Shown here: positions 26,409-34,401 of the stretch, piece after piece
How positions within the stretch are numbered: the first letter of the stretch is position 1
How the letters are laid out: each line of letters starts with the position of its first letter
Origin: a virus
Lineage: Duplodnaviria > Caudoviricetes
Length of the DNA stretch: 59,131 nucleotides
IMG/VR virus record: IMGVR_UViG_3300029183_000003
Coordinates: 1 to 59,131 of that record
Reading direction: 5' to 3' (one strand)
Notes under the pieces: model-generated
Databases searched by the model: none
Told to the model about the DNA's origin: nothing
The model's input: only the letters and a program-made list of their open reading frames with translations
Made by a program: the position numbers and the translations under genes

Positions 26409-26603
26409 ATGAGAACCAAAACGAACGTGTCTATCATATTACGCATCTTGGCCGATGAGCTTGAGCAGCCAGGACAATACGAAGATATGCTGATTACGGC
26501 GCTGCAAGTAATCGAGAGTAACGGTCTTGCCGATCAGTTTCGCCATTTGCGACGTAAGCACATTTTGGAACGCCATATACTGATAGACAACGATCTGCTA
26601 TAA
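26409..26603 (+). CDS. Hypothetical protein
   Basis: GAGG RBS. Confidence 0.55.
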   Translation: MRTKTNVSIILRILADELEQPGQYEDMLITALQVIESNGLADQFRHLRRKHILERHILIDNDLL

Positions 26604-26609
26604 TATCCC

Positions 26610-26878
26610 CAGGCGGCGGCGAATGCCCTAGCCGCCGATACACTCTCCTGCGTTGGCGAAAGTCGGCTTCATGCCGTGCGTCTACCATCGTAGACCTAGC
26701 CGCGTAGGGGAGTGAGCCTGCCAACCGCGAAGGCCAACGCGCCGCGTTGGGTAGCCGCAGCCAAGACGCTGAGAAGCGTGGGTATGCGGTGTAGCGGCGG
26801 CGGGAACGGCATCTGAAACTGGGCTTATCTCAGGTAGTAGGATGCGCCCGACCCGACTCAATTGAGTCGGGTCTTTTT
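26610..26878 (+). ncRNA. Orphan multi-domain structured RNA
   Basis: TGC-TATAAT at 26596-26604, many nested stems, terminator at 26850-26878, no sense ORF of 60 aa or more. Confidence 0.65.
26850..26878 (+). terminator. Intrinsic terminator
   Basis: GACCCGACTCAATTGAGTCGGGTC followed by TTTTT. Confidence 0.85.
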
Positions 26879-26906
26879 ATTTTAAGGTTGGGTTTGGGAT
26901 AAAGGG

Positions 26907-26935
26907 TTGACATTATTTTGTTTTTTTGATATAAT
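26907..26935 (+). promoter_or_regulatory. Consensus sigma70 promoter
   Basis: TTGACA-17-TATAAT; inverted repeat TTTGAT-ATA-ATCAAA over the -10. Confidence 0.9.
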
Positions 26936-26982
26936 CAAATTATCAAAAGTTAGTTATTATTTACTCAACAGGAGACACAAAA

Positions 26983-27192
26983 ATGTTTAACATCAGCCAA
27001 GAAAAACTAGAACAAATCACCGACGTTATCAATAACGAAAGCGACCCGCGTGCAACGGATGCAGATGTACACCAATTTGTTACTGATGAAAGTTGGGTTG
27101 AAAGCGCAACGGGCGACGAGCATCAGGAATGGCTAGATACTGCTGACGCTCAAGAGATTGCTGGCTGGATGATTTCAATCGTTTACAAATAA
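26983..27192 (+). CDS. Small acidic protein
   Basis: AGGAG RBS behind the consensus promoter. Confidence 0.75.
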   Translation: MFNISQEKLEQITDVINNESDPRATDADVHQFVTDESWVESATGDEHQEWLDTADAQEIAGWMISIVYK

Positions 27193-27432
27193 GAACGGGC
27201 AAGGATAAAACTGTAACTAAATTAACAGGACGAGGTGGCCCAGGACGCGGCCAGGGTAGAAAGCGAATACCAAAGTTCTTACCGCACCTTAATGAATATA
27301 TGGTTTTTCAAGAGGAAGCTATTGGAGAAGAAATCAAACCCGACCGACTGGCAAAAATTGTCGGTGTCGGTGATGACGAGGTTGAATTTCAGATTGGCGA
27401 TACAATTTATGTGCTGAGGCGTCCGAATACCG

Positions 27433-27918
27433 ATGACAACATTGTCATCGGTAACAACGATCGGCACAAGCAAAAATAGAGCCATGGTTATTGAAACACT
27501 GCGAACACCAGGGATATATTCGATAACCAATTTGGTATCAGGAAGAGTTTACATTGGAAGCACTGTCGATTTAAGGACTCGTCTGAACTATCATCGTACC
27601 TCTCTGTTAGGGGGAAGTTGTCCTAACAAGAAATTACAAAGGGATTTTAATAGTTTAGGTTTGTCGAGCTTTTTGTTTGATGTGGTTGAATTTTTCGAGG
27701 GAACAGAAGATGGATTGGCGTTTCGAGAGATATTACACACAGTACACGCACATCATCAGCCTGGCGGTTGTTACAATCAGAAATGCACAATACCAAGAAA
27801 AGAAACGATAAAACGCCGGTGTATTATTTGCAAGTCACCTCATTATGCAAAAGGGTATTGTGGTTATCATTGGCAACAATACAGGAGAAAGCGACAAGTT
27901 GTTTTAGACGTATGTTGA
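27433..27918 (+). CDS. GIY-YIG endonuclease with C-terminal Zn finger
   Basis: GIYSITN...YIGS...R...H...N..LQ; CIIC...AKGYCGYHW. Confidence 0.88.
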   Translation: MTTLSSVTTIGTSKNRAMVIETLRTPGIYSITNLVSGRVYIGSTVDLRTRLNYHRTSLLGGSCPNKKLQRDFNSLGLSSFLFDVVEFFEGTEDGLAFREILHTVHAHHQPGGCYNQKCTIPRKETIKRRCIICKSPHYAKGYCGYHWQQYRRKRQVVLDVC

Positions 27919-28013
27919 AGAAGTAACATTTGACTAGCAGCAAGGCGGCAACCGCGAACGCAGCGGTGAGCCGCCTTTTTTGTTGCAACAAGACATTTTG
28001 CTATAATGTGTCT

Positions 28014-28256
28014 ATGGAAATATTAGAAAATGGCATTGCTCAATTAGGCGTAGCATATATTGAAAATCCAGACTTCGACCTGAAAGATTTTAACTCAATG
28101 GTCATGGCCTATTTGATAGACACACTCATCCAGCAGCATTCCGTGATCACTGATTGGGGCATCTATAGCCACTCAGAGACGCACGGATGGACTGGATGGA
28201 TAACTGACGGTGAGCAAACGTTGTTTTTCTCTCCGACCAAAACTGTGATACAATAA
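28014..28256 (+). CDS. Hypothetical protein (leaderless, start MEILEN)
   Basis: TGC-TATAAT 6 nt upstream of the ATG. Confidence 0.55.
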   Translation: MEILENGIAQLGVAYIENPDFDLKDFNSMVMAYLIDTLIQQHSVITDWGIYSHSETHGWTGWITDGEQTLFFSPTKTVIQ

Positions 28257-28316
28257 CAGTGTCTTTCGAGATGCAACGCATCTCTTGATTCTGATAGCTT
28301 CGTTCAAGAGCGAAGC

Positions 28317-28350
28317 AAAAGCGCGCTTGTTGGCCAACAAGCGCGCTTTT
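28317..28350. terminator. Perfect 34-bp palindrome, probable bidirectional terminator
   Basis: AAAAGCGCGCTTGTTGG|CCAACAAGCGCGCTTTT between the convergent genome arms. Confidence 0.7.
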
Positions 28351-28495
28351 TTGTTGCGTCAAATTAGTACTAATTTACCAGGCGTTAGTAGTTCCGAATT
28401 TCACAAGTGTTTGTCAATTTTCCAGCAAAACGCATTTCGAGGCAGGGTAGGGGGCTGGCATCAGCTTCGTCGCGCTGTCGGCGGCTGTGGCGGGC

Positions 28496-28539
28496 TGCCA
28501 GTAAATTGCCAGTGAGTTGTCAGTGATCTGCCAGTGACC
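28496..28539. repeat. 4 x 11-bp tandem repeat TG(C/T)CAGT(G/A)ANN
   Basis: tgccagtaaat tgccagtgagt tgtcagtgatc tgccagtgacc, in non-coding DNA. Confidence 0.85.
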
Positions 28540-28687
28540 CCGGTTGGTGGGGGCGGGACTGGGGATTGGTGGTTGCGGGTTGTAAGATTCCGGTGCTATT
28601 CAAGGTCAAACGCTGGTTTTTATTCTTAATTTCAATATTTTACCAATTCGCCATTTAGTAAATCATTGGGGCGAAAATAGTAAATTG

Positions 28688-29488
28688 CTACACCTCAAAC
28701 ACGCCTCGACTCACATTAAACAACGTGCTTATAATGCTATCCGGTAACGCCGCTGCGCACAGAAAGCACAGAGAGGCGCGACCATTGTACAGAAACGATG
28801 TGGAGCTGTTACGATTTCCAATATTGAACGGCGCAGAGCTATTAAACAACGACGCTGGTACGCCGCTTGTCAAAGAACCGCTAGTATCTTCGTCGGCATT
28901 CATTACCCGCATCAGTAGTTCGGCGGATGGATCGTAACGTATTACAAAAAGATTCCATTTGCTTAATATGGACGATGACAGCGAGGCGGATTGATCAACC
29001 AATGTCGTCCCGTTGTTCGAGACACGGGCAGTCAACGAAGTCGAACTGCCGATAAACATTGAGTAGGAGGCATTTGACCCGCCCCCTGTTTTGCTCATCA
29101 GTATTTGGATGCCGCCAGCGTCAGGATAAAACCATCCACCCATCGTGAGGCCGTTCAGCCCTGACACGATGTACGATTCTGTGCCATCTATATCGAGATC
29201 GGATTCGTCCGCCCTGCTCAAGTAATCCCCCGTGCCGTCAAGGTCGATATATGGCGCAAGGCCATCTTGATTGTATGTGGGATTGCCGTTATAGGTCAGT
29301 GTGTGGCCGTGTCCTGATTGGTCTATTGCATTGCCTGAGCTATCAATAGCCGACATAGGCCAAAAGCCACGCAAGCCAGGCAACGATTGGAACAAGGCGA
29401 TGGCTTGCGATAATTGCAACTGGGTTTCATTGCGCCTTATAAAGAACGACGTGAGGTTTTCGACTAGTTGAGCGTTATGGGTTTGCAT
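28688..29488 (-). CDS. Tail-tip/receptor-binding protein, LamG/ConA-like
   Basis: GFWPMS...DQSGHGHTLT...DGTGDYL...TMGGWF...FNIG. Confidence 0.7.
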   Translation of the reverse strand: MQTHNAQLVENLTSFFIRRNETQLQLSQAIALFQSLPGLRGFWPMSAIDSSGNAIDQSGHGHTLTYNGNPTYNQDGLAPYIDLDGTGDYLSRADESDLDIDGTESYIVSGLNGLTMGGWFYPDAGGIQILMSKTGGGSNASYSMFIGSSTSLTARVSNNGTTLVDQSASLSSSILSKWNLFVIRYDPSAELLMRVMNADEDTSGSLTSGVPASLFNSSAPFNIGNRNSSTSFLYNGRASLCFLCAAALPDSIISTLFNVSRGVFEV

Positions 29489-29502
29489 GATATAATATCG
29501 CT

Positions 29503-29724
29503 ATGATTTACACTTACTATGTTTGCCATAAATGCAATAGACCAACACAAAGCATGGCAATTTTAAACAAGTTGCATATCCCCAGTGTTGACGAACTCGC
29601 GAACAGGCCAGACATGGAGCCAATCGGCCATGAGGTACTTGAATGTCCGTGTGGAATAGAGTTAACATGGTTTGATGCTGTACCAGTGTCAAGCCCCGAT
29701 ACCGGACAAGCCCAACTTAGCTAA
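29503..29724 (+). CDS. Small Zn-ribbon moron opposite the tail operon
   Basis: CHKC...CPCG; TGA-TATAAT just upstream (leaderless). Confidence 0.55.
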   Translation: MIYTYYVCHKCNRPTQSMAILNKLHIPSVDELANRPDMEPIGHEVLECPCGIELTWFDAVPVSSPDTGQAQLS

Positions 29725-31545
29725 TCGCTGCGGCAGTCTATCAGCCCTGCCCCCTGTCCATGTCAGCGCATTTGGCAGTGAGAATGTCACTGATTCGATA
29801 AGCGTGTAGCGTCTATCGTTTTTCAGATCGCCCTCGAATCCGTTGCCATACACATCTGTCGTAAATACCCACTCCCCCGGTCTTATATCCCACGGCTCAA
29901 CCCGTGTACCATCTGGCGTGAAAAATGCCTGCTCGCCCGTAAACATCGCACGATGATAAGCTGCTGTCGTCGGCACGGATTTGTACTTGGCCTTGCGTCC
30001 GCCATATACGCCGAATGTGTATCGCTCATTCGACGACCCGCCAACCTCACCTAACCCCTGTAACACATCAAACCCTGATCGACTGCCATCTTCGTAGGTC
30101 TGAACGCTAAACGAATTGTCGGACACATTCACGTAATCGTCACTCATAAAACTATTCGGATCGGCGGCAAGTACCGCCTTGATTTTGTCAGTCACTGATT
30201 GCGTTGACCTGGTAGAATTCGAGTAAGCGAACGATTTTGCAAAATGAATATACCCCAAACATTCAACTGACACGGACACATTGCCCTGATTGCCGAATGC
30301 GCCTTGCTGAGAAGTTTTAGGCACGGCGTTCTCTTCAAGATAGGCGTCACGTAGATTTTCGGCTTCAGGCGGCGGGATGCCGCCGCCTGACAGCAAGCGT
30401 TGCACGATACCGTATTTTTCTTGGCTGGTCGTATTGTTTACTGCGCTAGTTGACAACCTGACGCCTTGCGCCCCTTGCCCGTTATCCAGTTGCACAAATG
30501 AGCTGTAAAACAGCGCTGCTCGGTTGCCAATGTCTAGCAACGGCCCGACGCTGATATTGTCACTGCCAATTGTGGCGGTTACTTTATTAGTAAACCCTTC
30601 CCATATTAACGATTGCGCGTGATTATAGACCTCGATATGGCGCCCCAACCCACGATCAAGCCAACTGTCTATATAATCTTTGCGTCCAGTCAGCGTAAAT
30701 CCAGCCGACCAATAGCCGCCGTTTGCTCGTATCTCGTGCTGGTAGCCTTGTGCAATTTCGGCTGTATTGTCATATAGGAATGCGCCACCTGATACCAACG
30801 GCTCAAACACAGTGATCGCTACCTGTTTGGATTGGTAGAACGATGGAATAAACACAGTGTTATTTGTTCCAGTCTCTGCACTCGGAACATTAGTCGGCGT
30901 TGCGGGCGTTGGCGGCGTAACTGCGCCTATCTCGGTGTCGTCATCACGGACAATCAACTCATCAAGATAAAACGTTCCAGACGTGCCAGAATCGATGCCA
31001 TCTGCGCCGCCGAATCGTATGCGACTTGGTTGAGCGATGGTAGACACATCAAATGTAGACACGCTACCTTGGCTCACACCATCAATAAATAATTCCACAA
31101 CCCCATCGTTAGAACTAGCGTTTGTGGCCCGTTGCCAACGCACTTCGATGTAATGCTCGGCGTCGGTAATCGTTCCGGTTGGCCCATCCTTAAACGTAGT
31201 AGAATCCTCTTTCCATCTCGTTTGAACAGTGTAAGCAGACGAGATGTACGCCAGCCTGACCTCGCCAAGTGTCGTGGAACCATCCATAAATAACAAGCAA
31301 GTAAATGAGTTGTTATTTGCCATAGTCAGCGTGTTCGGATCGATATAGTAGCGGCTACGCATATTCGAGCCTGTTAGCTGCGTAAAATCGAATTGGCCGT
31401 AACGGTCTGCGGTGCTGGTGATATTTGTGCTTAAACCAGCCGCAGACCCTGCAAGCCCAGCGCCTAATGATGCACTTACGCCTGTACTGCTATCATATTC
31501 GCTCAAATTATTAGTGTCATGGTCAATATCTACCACTACAGCCAT
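29689..31545 (-). CDS. Tail hub/minor tail protein with N-terminal beta-sandwich domain
   Basis: Position after the Dit-like gene; PPTPATPT linker; GGYWSAGF...IWEGF region. Confidence 0.65.
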   Translation of the reverse strand: MAVVVDIDHDTNNLSEYDSSTGVSASLGAGLAGSAAGLSTNITSTADRYGQFDFTQLTGSNMRSRYYIDPNTLTMANNNSFTCLLFMDGSTTLGEVRLAYISSAYTVQTRWKEDSTTFKDGPTGTITDAEHYIEVRWQRATNASSNDGVVELFIDGVSQGSVSTFDVSTIAQPSRIRFGGADGIDSGTSGTFYLDELIVRDDDTEIGAVTPPTPATPTNVPSAETGTNNTVFIPSFYQSKQVAITVFEPLVSGGAFLYDNTAEIAQGYQHEIRANGGYWSAGFTLTGRKDYIDSWLDRGLGRHIEVYNHAQSLIWEGFTNKVTATIGSDNISVGPLLDIGNRAALFYSSFVQLDNGQGAQGVRLSTSAVNNTTSQEKYGIVQRLLSGGGIPPPEAENLRDAYLEENAVPKTSQQGAFGNQGNVSVSVECLGYIHFAKSFAYSNSTRSTQSVTDKIKAVLAADPNSFMSDDYVNVSDNSFSVQTYEDGSRSGFDVLQGLGEVGGSSNERYTFGVYGGRKAKYKSVPTTAAYHRAMFTGEQAFFTPDGTRVEPWDIRPGEWVFTTDVYGNGFEGDLKNDRRYTLIESVTFSLPNALTWTGGRADRLPQRLAKLGLSGIGA

Positions 31546-34400
31546 TAGTAATTACCTCGTGCGCCTAAGTATCTTTGCACGGCGTTAATCGTTACACTGT
31601 GGCTAATCCAAGGCTCGCTGATCCAATCGCTAGAACTACCGTAACTAGCGCATAGAAAATATATGCGCTGCGTGGTGTTAGCTTGCAATACGGCGGCCCC
31701 ATTGGTTATTGCCGCATAATTGGCCTTCGTGACGCCAGACGCTTTCCTGACAAAGCTACGAATCTTATGCTTTGGATAACCAACGCTATCAATCTCGATA
31801 TATTGCCCGTTATCTACACGACTGCTTGACGTGTTTTCTCTGTCCTGGAAATCGCCTGACCACTCATCTATTGGCATCAGTACCACATCATACAAATCCA
31901 GCACTGTGCTCGCACTGTTTGACCCGACTTTAATCACGATTTGCGCTTGATCTCCGATTTCGACGCCAGGGATATGGTAATCAGAATGAATCTGAATTTG
32001 TCCCAAGTCCACCAATTGCCAATCATCAAGCGTGGCTACACTTACAGTCTCGGTGGTTGTCAGAGGATCGCCAGAATTAGACCGCACGCCTATTGCGATC
32101 TCAGCATCTCCCACGCTACCAGCCGTCTGATGGCAGCGAACGAACGCTCGGTATGTGCCACTGTACTCATCAGCGATGAATGTGTCCATAGAGATAGTTG
32201 CGGCCGTGACCAGCGATTCCGCCGCGCCGGGTGAGTAGGTCAACTTGTATCCATTAGCCGTATTGCCTGCGGAGGCAGTAGTGGCCTGGTCGTCTGCCAC
32301 CGTGACACCCGTAGGATTGCCTAAATCTCCGTTCGTGGTTGTATCACCTAGGTTGATATACGGCCTAAACCTAATCCCCCTCGACGTAGACCGTAACCCA
32401 CATATGGCTCGGTTGGTCTCCATGTTGCCGCTATTGTTGCTGGAAATATTCGTCAACCGCACTGAGCATAACGCGGGAATATCGCCGCCAATTTGCGCTT
32501 GCGGTATTTCGACAAACGATGTGTTGATCGTATATATATCCTCATCGGTTTGTTCTGGGCTAGTAGCACCTATCGCGGATGTTGTGTCAGCCCGCACCCA
32601 CCATCCTGTAACGCCGTCGAGCGTGGTGGTCGCCCAGTCAGTTGGTTGCTCCCAATGGACAGATACTACGCCCTCGTTAGCAAAGCTGCTTGTGTTGTCC
32701 TTTGCCGTAAGCGTACTCCATGCCGAGCCGTCCCAATATTTCCAGGATATAACAAATGTTCCGGTTGCGGCTGTGGAAATATTAAACCTCAGCGAACAAA
32801 ACGGTCCCGCGCCATCTATTGACGTATCGCTACCAAAAAATAAATCTGCACCAACATCGCTGCCAGGATCAAAAGTGTAAATATCTGTAGCTTCTCTGAT
32901 AGGCCAGATATTTGGGCCGAATGTTGAGCCATCGTCGTCACTCGGAAGGATATGGGTAATCTGCCCAGTTGCTTGGTAGTTTGCTATATCTACACGGTTG
33001 TTTGAACTGCCGCCGAAAATATACGTATGACCGTAAGTGTCCGACTGGATATACAGCGATTCTCCAGATACAAACAATTCACCGCTATCGTTTTGAGTAA
33101 TATTTTTATGCGTCCAACTATTTTCCAGATCGTTTATTTCGTAGAAGTTCTCGCCGTCGTCGAAACTTTCCTGAACAACCGTTGGCGTTGTGCCGCTTGT
33201 CCGGTATAAAACGTCACTATCTCCAATGTGTATCCCAGACCCAGCCGTAATTATCTTGTCCTGAGAATTGATGCCAGAGAACAGGCTAGGAAGCGATCTG
33301 TCCTCACTCCATGTTGCGCCATCGTCTGTGCTGACTAATGTGGAAGACGCACTCCAAGCGATGTAAATATATCCGTTGGACTTCTTGTAATAAGGCTTGG
33401 ACGAAATAACAAACCCAACGCCGTCAACGGATAGATCGCCAACGTTTGTCCAGGTTGCGCCTTGGTCTGACGATGTATAAACGTCCGGGACGGCCAACGA
33501 CAAGTCAATGCCTATCAAGGTGCTGTTGTCTTGTAATGTGTTTAGATACCCATTGCCCCACGTCGAGGACAGTTGGGACCATGTTGCGCCTTTGTCAGTG
33601 CTATACAACAACTGATCGCCACTTGTTTGGTCAGCAGCAATAATGTAGTTATCGGTTATCTTGAGTACGTCAACGATCTGCACACCAGACTGAACGCTAG
33701 TCCAGGTCGTTCCTCTGTCAGTACTACGATATATATTGCCTGATGCACCTGTGTCAAACACCAAAACCGTATCATCTTCAACGGTTTCTACAATGTAGCT
33801 TGTCACGGGTGCAGGTAAGTCAGGGACACTGCCAGTCGTTACCTCGACAAAGTTTAGGGCGGCATTCCAGAACTGATACGAAGTAAGCCCCGTAACCGCA
33901 TCCGATTCCCCTGGCTTTTTCGACAGCCAGTGTTGGCGCTCAATCTGCACAGCCAAATTAACCATAGCCGATTGACCATGCAATGGCTGGAATGGCTGAC
34001 CGTACTGGTAGCCATCTTGCGGCATCCGTGAGCTAACAATCACAGCGTAGCGAGTGTTGGTTTCTTGCGCTGCCTTGGCCTCAATCCAAACAGGCTTTGA
34101 TTGCCAGCGCGTCGGGCCATAGGTGAACGCTTGTGCCAACAGTTCACGCAACCGTTGCGCCGCCCTAATTGTTTGATCTTGAGACAACCCCTTGATGTGG
34201 AATGTCATATTCTCGATGACATTTCCATAGCGCCCAAAGCTGTAACCAGAACCTTCAGATAGCGGCGATTCTTGCACGATACCTCCGCCTTTGTAGTCTG
34301 CTATACTCGGCGTCCACGATTGCAAATCAATATTATCATCAGACAATAAATCTATGGTCTGTGTGCCGTTTGTGATTTTGAGAACTGACCAGTTTGACAT
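31545..34400 (-). CDS. Distal tail-like protein with inserted BNR/Asp-box beta-propeller
   Basis: Follows the tape measure gene; STDRGTTW, STDKGATW, SSDQGATW, STDDGATW. Confidence 0.7.
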   Translation of the reverse strand: MSNWSVLKITNGTQTIDLLSDDNIDLQSWTPSIADYKGGGIVQESPLSEGSGYSFGRYGNVIENMTFHIKGLSQDQTIRAAQRLRELLAQAFTYGPTRWQSKPVWIEAKAAQETNTRYAVIVSSRMPQDGYQYGQPFQPLHGQSAMVNLAVQIERQHWLSKKPGESDAVTGLTSYQFWNAALNFVEVTTGSVPDLPAPVTSYIVETVEDDTVLVFDTGASGNIYRSTDRGTTWTSVQSGVQIVDVLKITDNYIIAADQTSGDQLLYSTDKGATWSQLSSTWGNGYLNTLQDNSTLIGIDLSLAVPDVYTSSDQGATWTNVGDLSVDGVGFVISSKPYYKKSNGYIYIAWSASSTLVSTDDGATWSEDRSLPSLFSGINSQDKIITAGSGIHIGDSDVLYRTSGTTPTVVQESFDDGENFYEINDLENSWTHKNITQNDSGELFVSGESLYIQSDTYGHTYIFGGSSNNRVDIANYQATGQITHILPSDDDGSTFGPNIWPIREATDIYTFDPGSDVGADLFFGSDTSIDGAGPFCSLRFNISTAATGTFVISWKYWDGSAWSTLTAKDNTSSFANEGVVSVHWEQPTDWATTTLDGVTGWWVRADTTSAIGATSPEQTDEDIYTINTSFVEIPQAQIGGDIPALCSVRLTNISSNNSGNMETNRAICGLRSTSRGIRFRPYINLGDTTTNGDLGNPTGVTVADDQATTASAGNTANGYKLTYSPGAAESLVTAATISMDTFIADEYSGTYRAFVRCHQTAGSVGDAEIAIGVRSNSGDPLTTTETVSVATLDDWQLVDLGQIQIHSDYHIPGVEIGDQAQIVIKVGSNSASTVLDLYDVVLMPIDEWSGDFQDRENTSSSRVDNGQYIEIDSVGYPKHKIRSFVRKASGVTKANYAAITNGAAVLQANTTQRIYFLCASYGSSSDWISEPWISHSVTINAVQRYLGARGNY

Positions 34401-34401
34401 G

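Noticed and set aside
26655-26830. RNase P RNA (GAAAGTC...GGCTTAT resemblance)
   Set aside because: P4 pairing is incomplete and there is no P1 helix joining the ends.
28317-28350. N15-like telomere resolution site
   Set aside because: No protelomerase is recognisable; the A/T flanks and position between convergent arms fit a bidirectional terminator.
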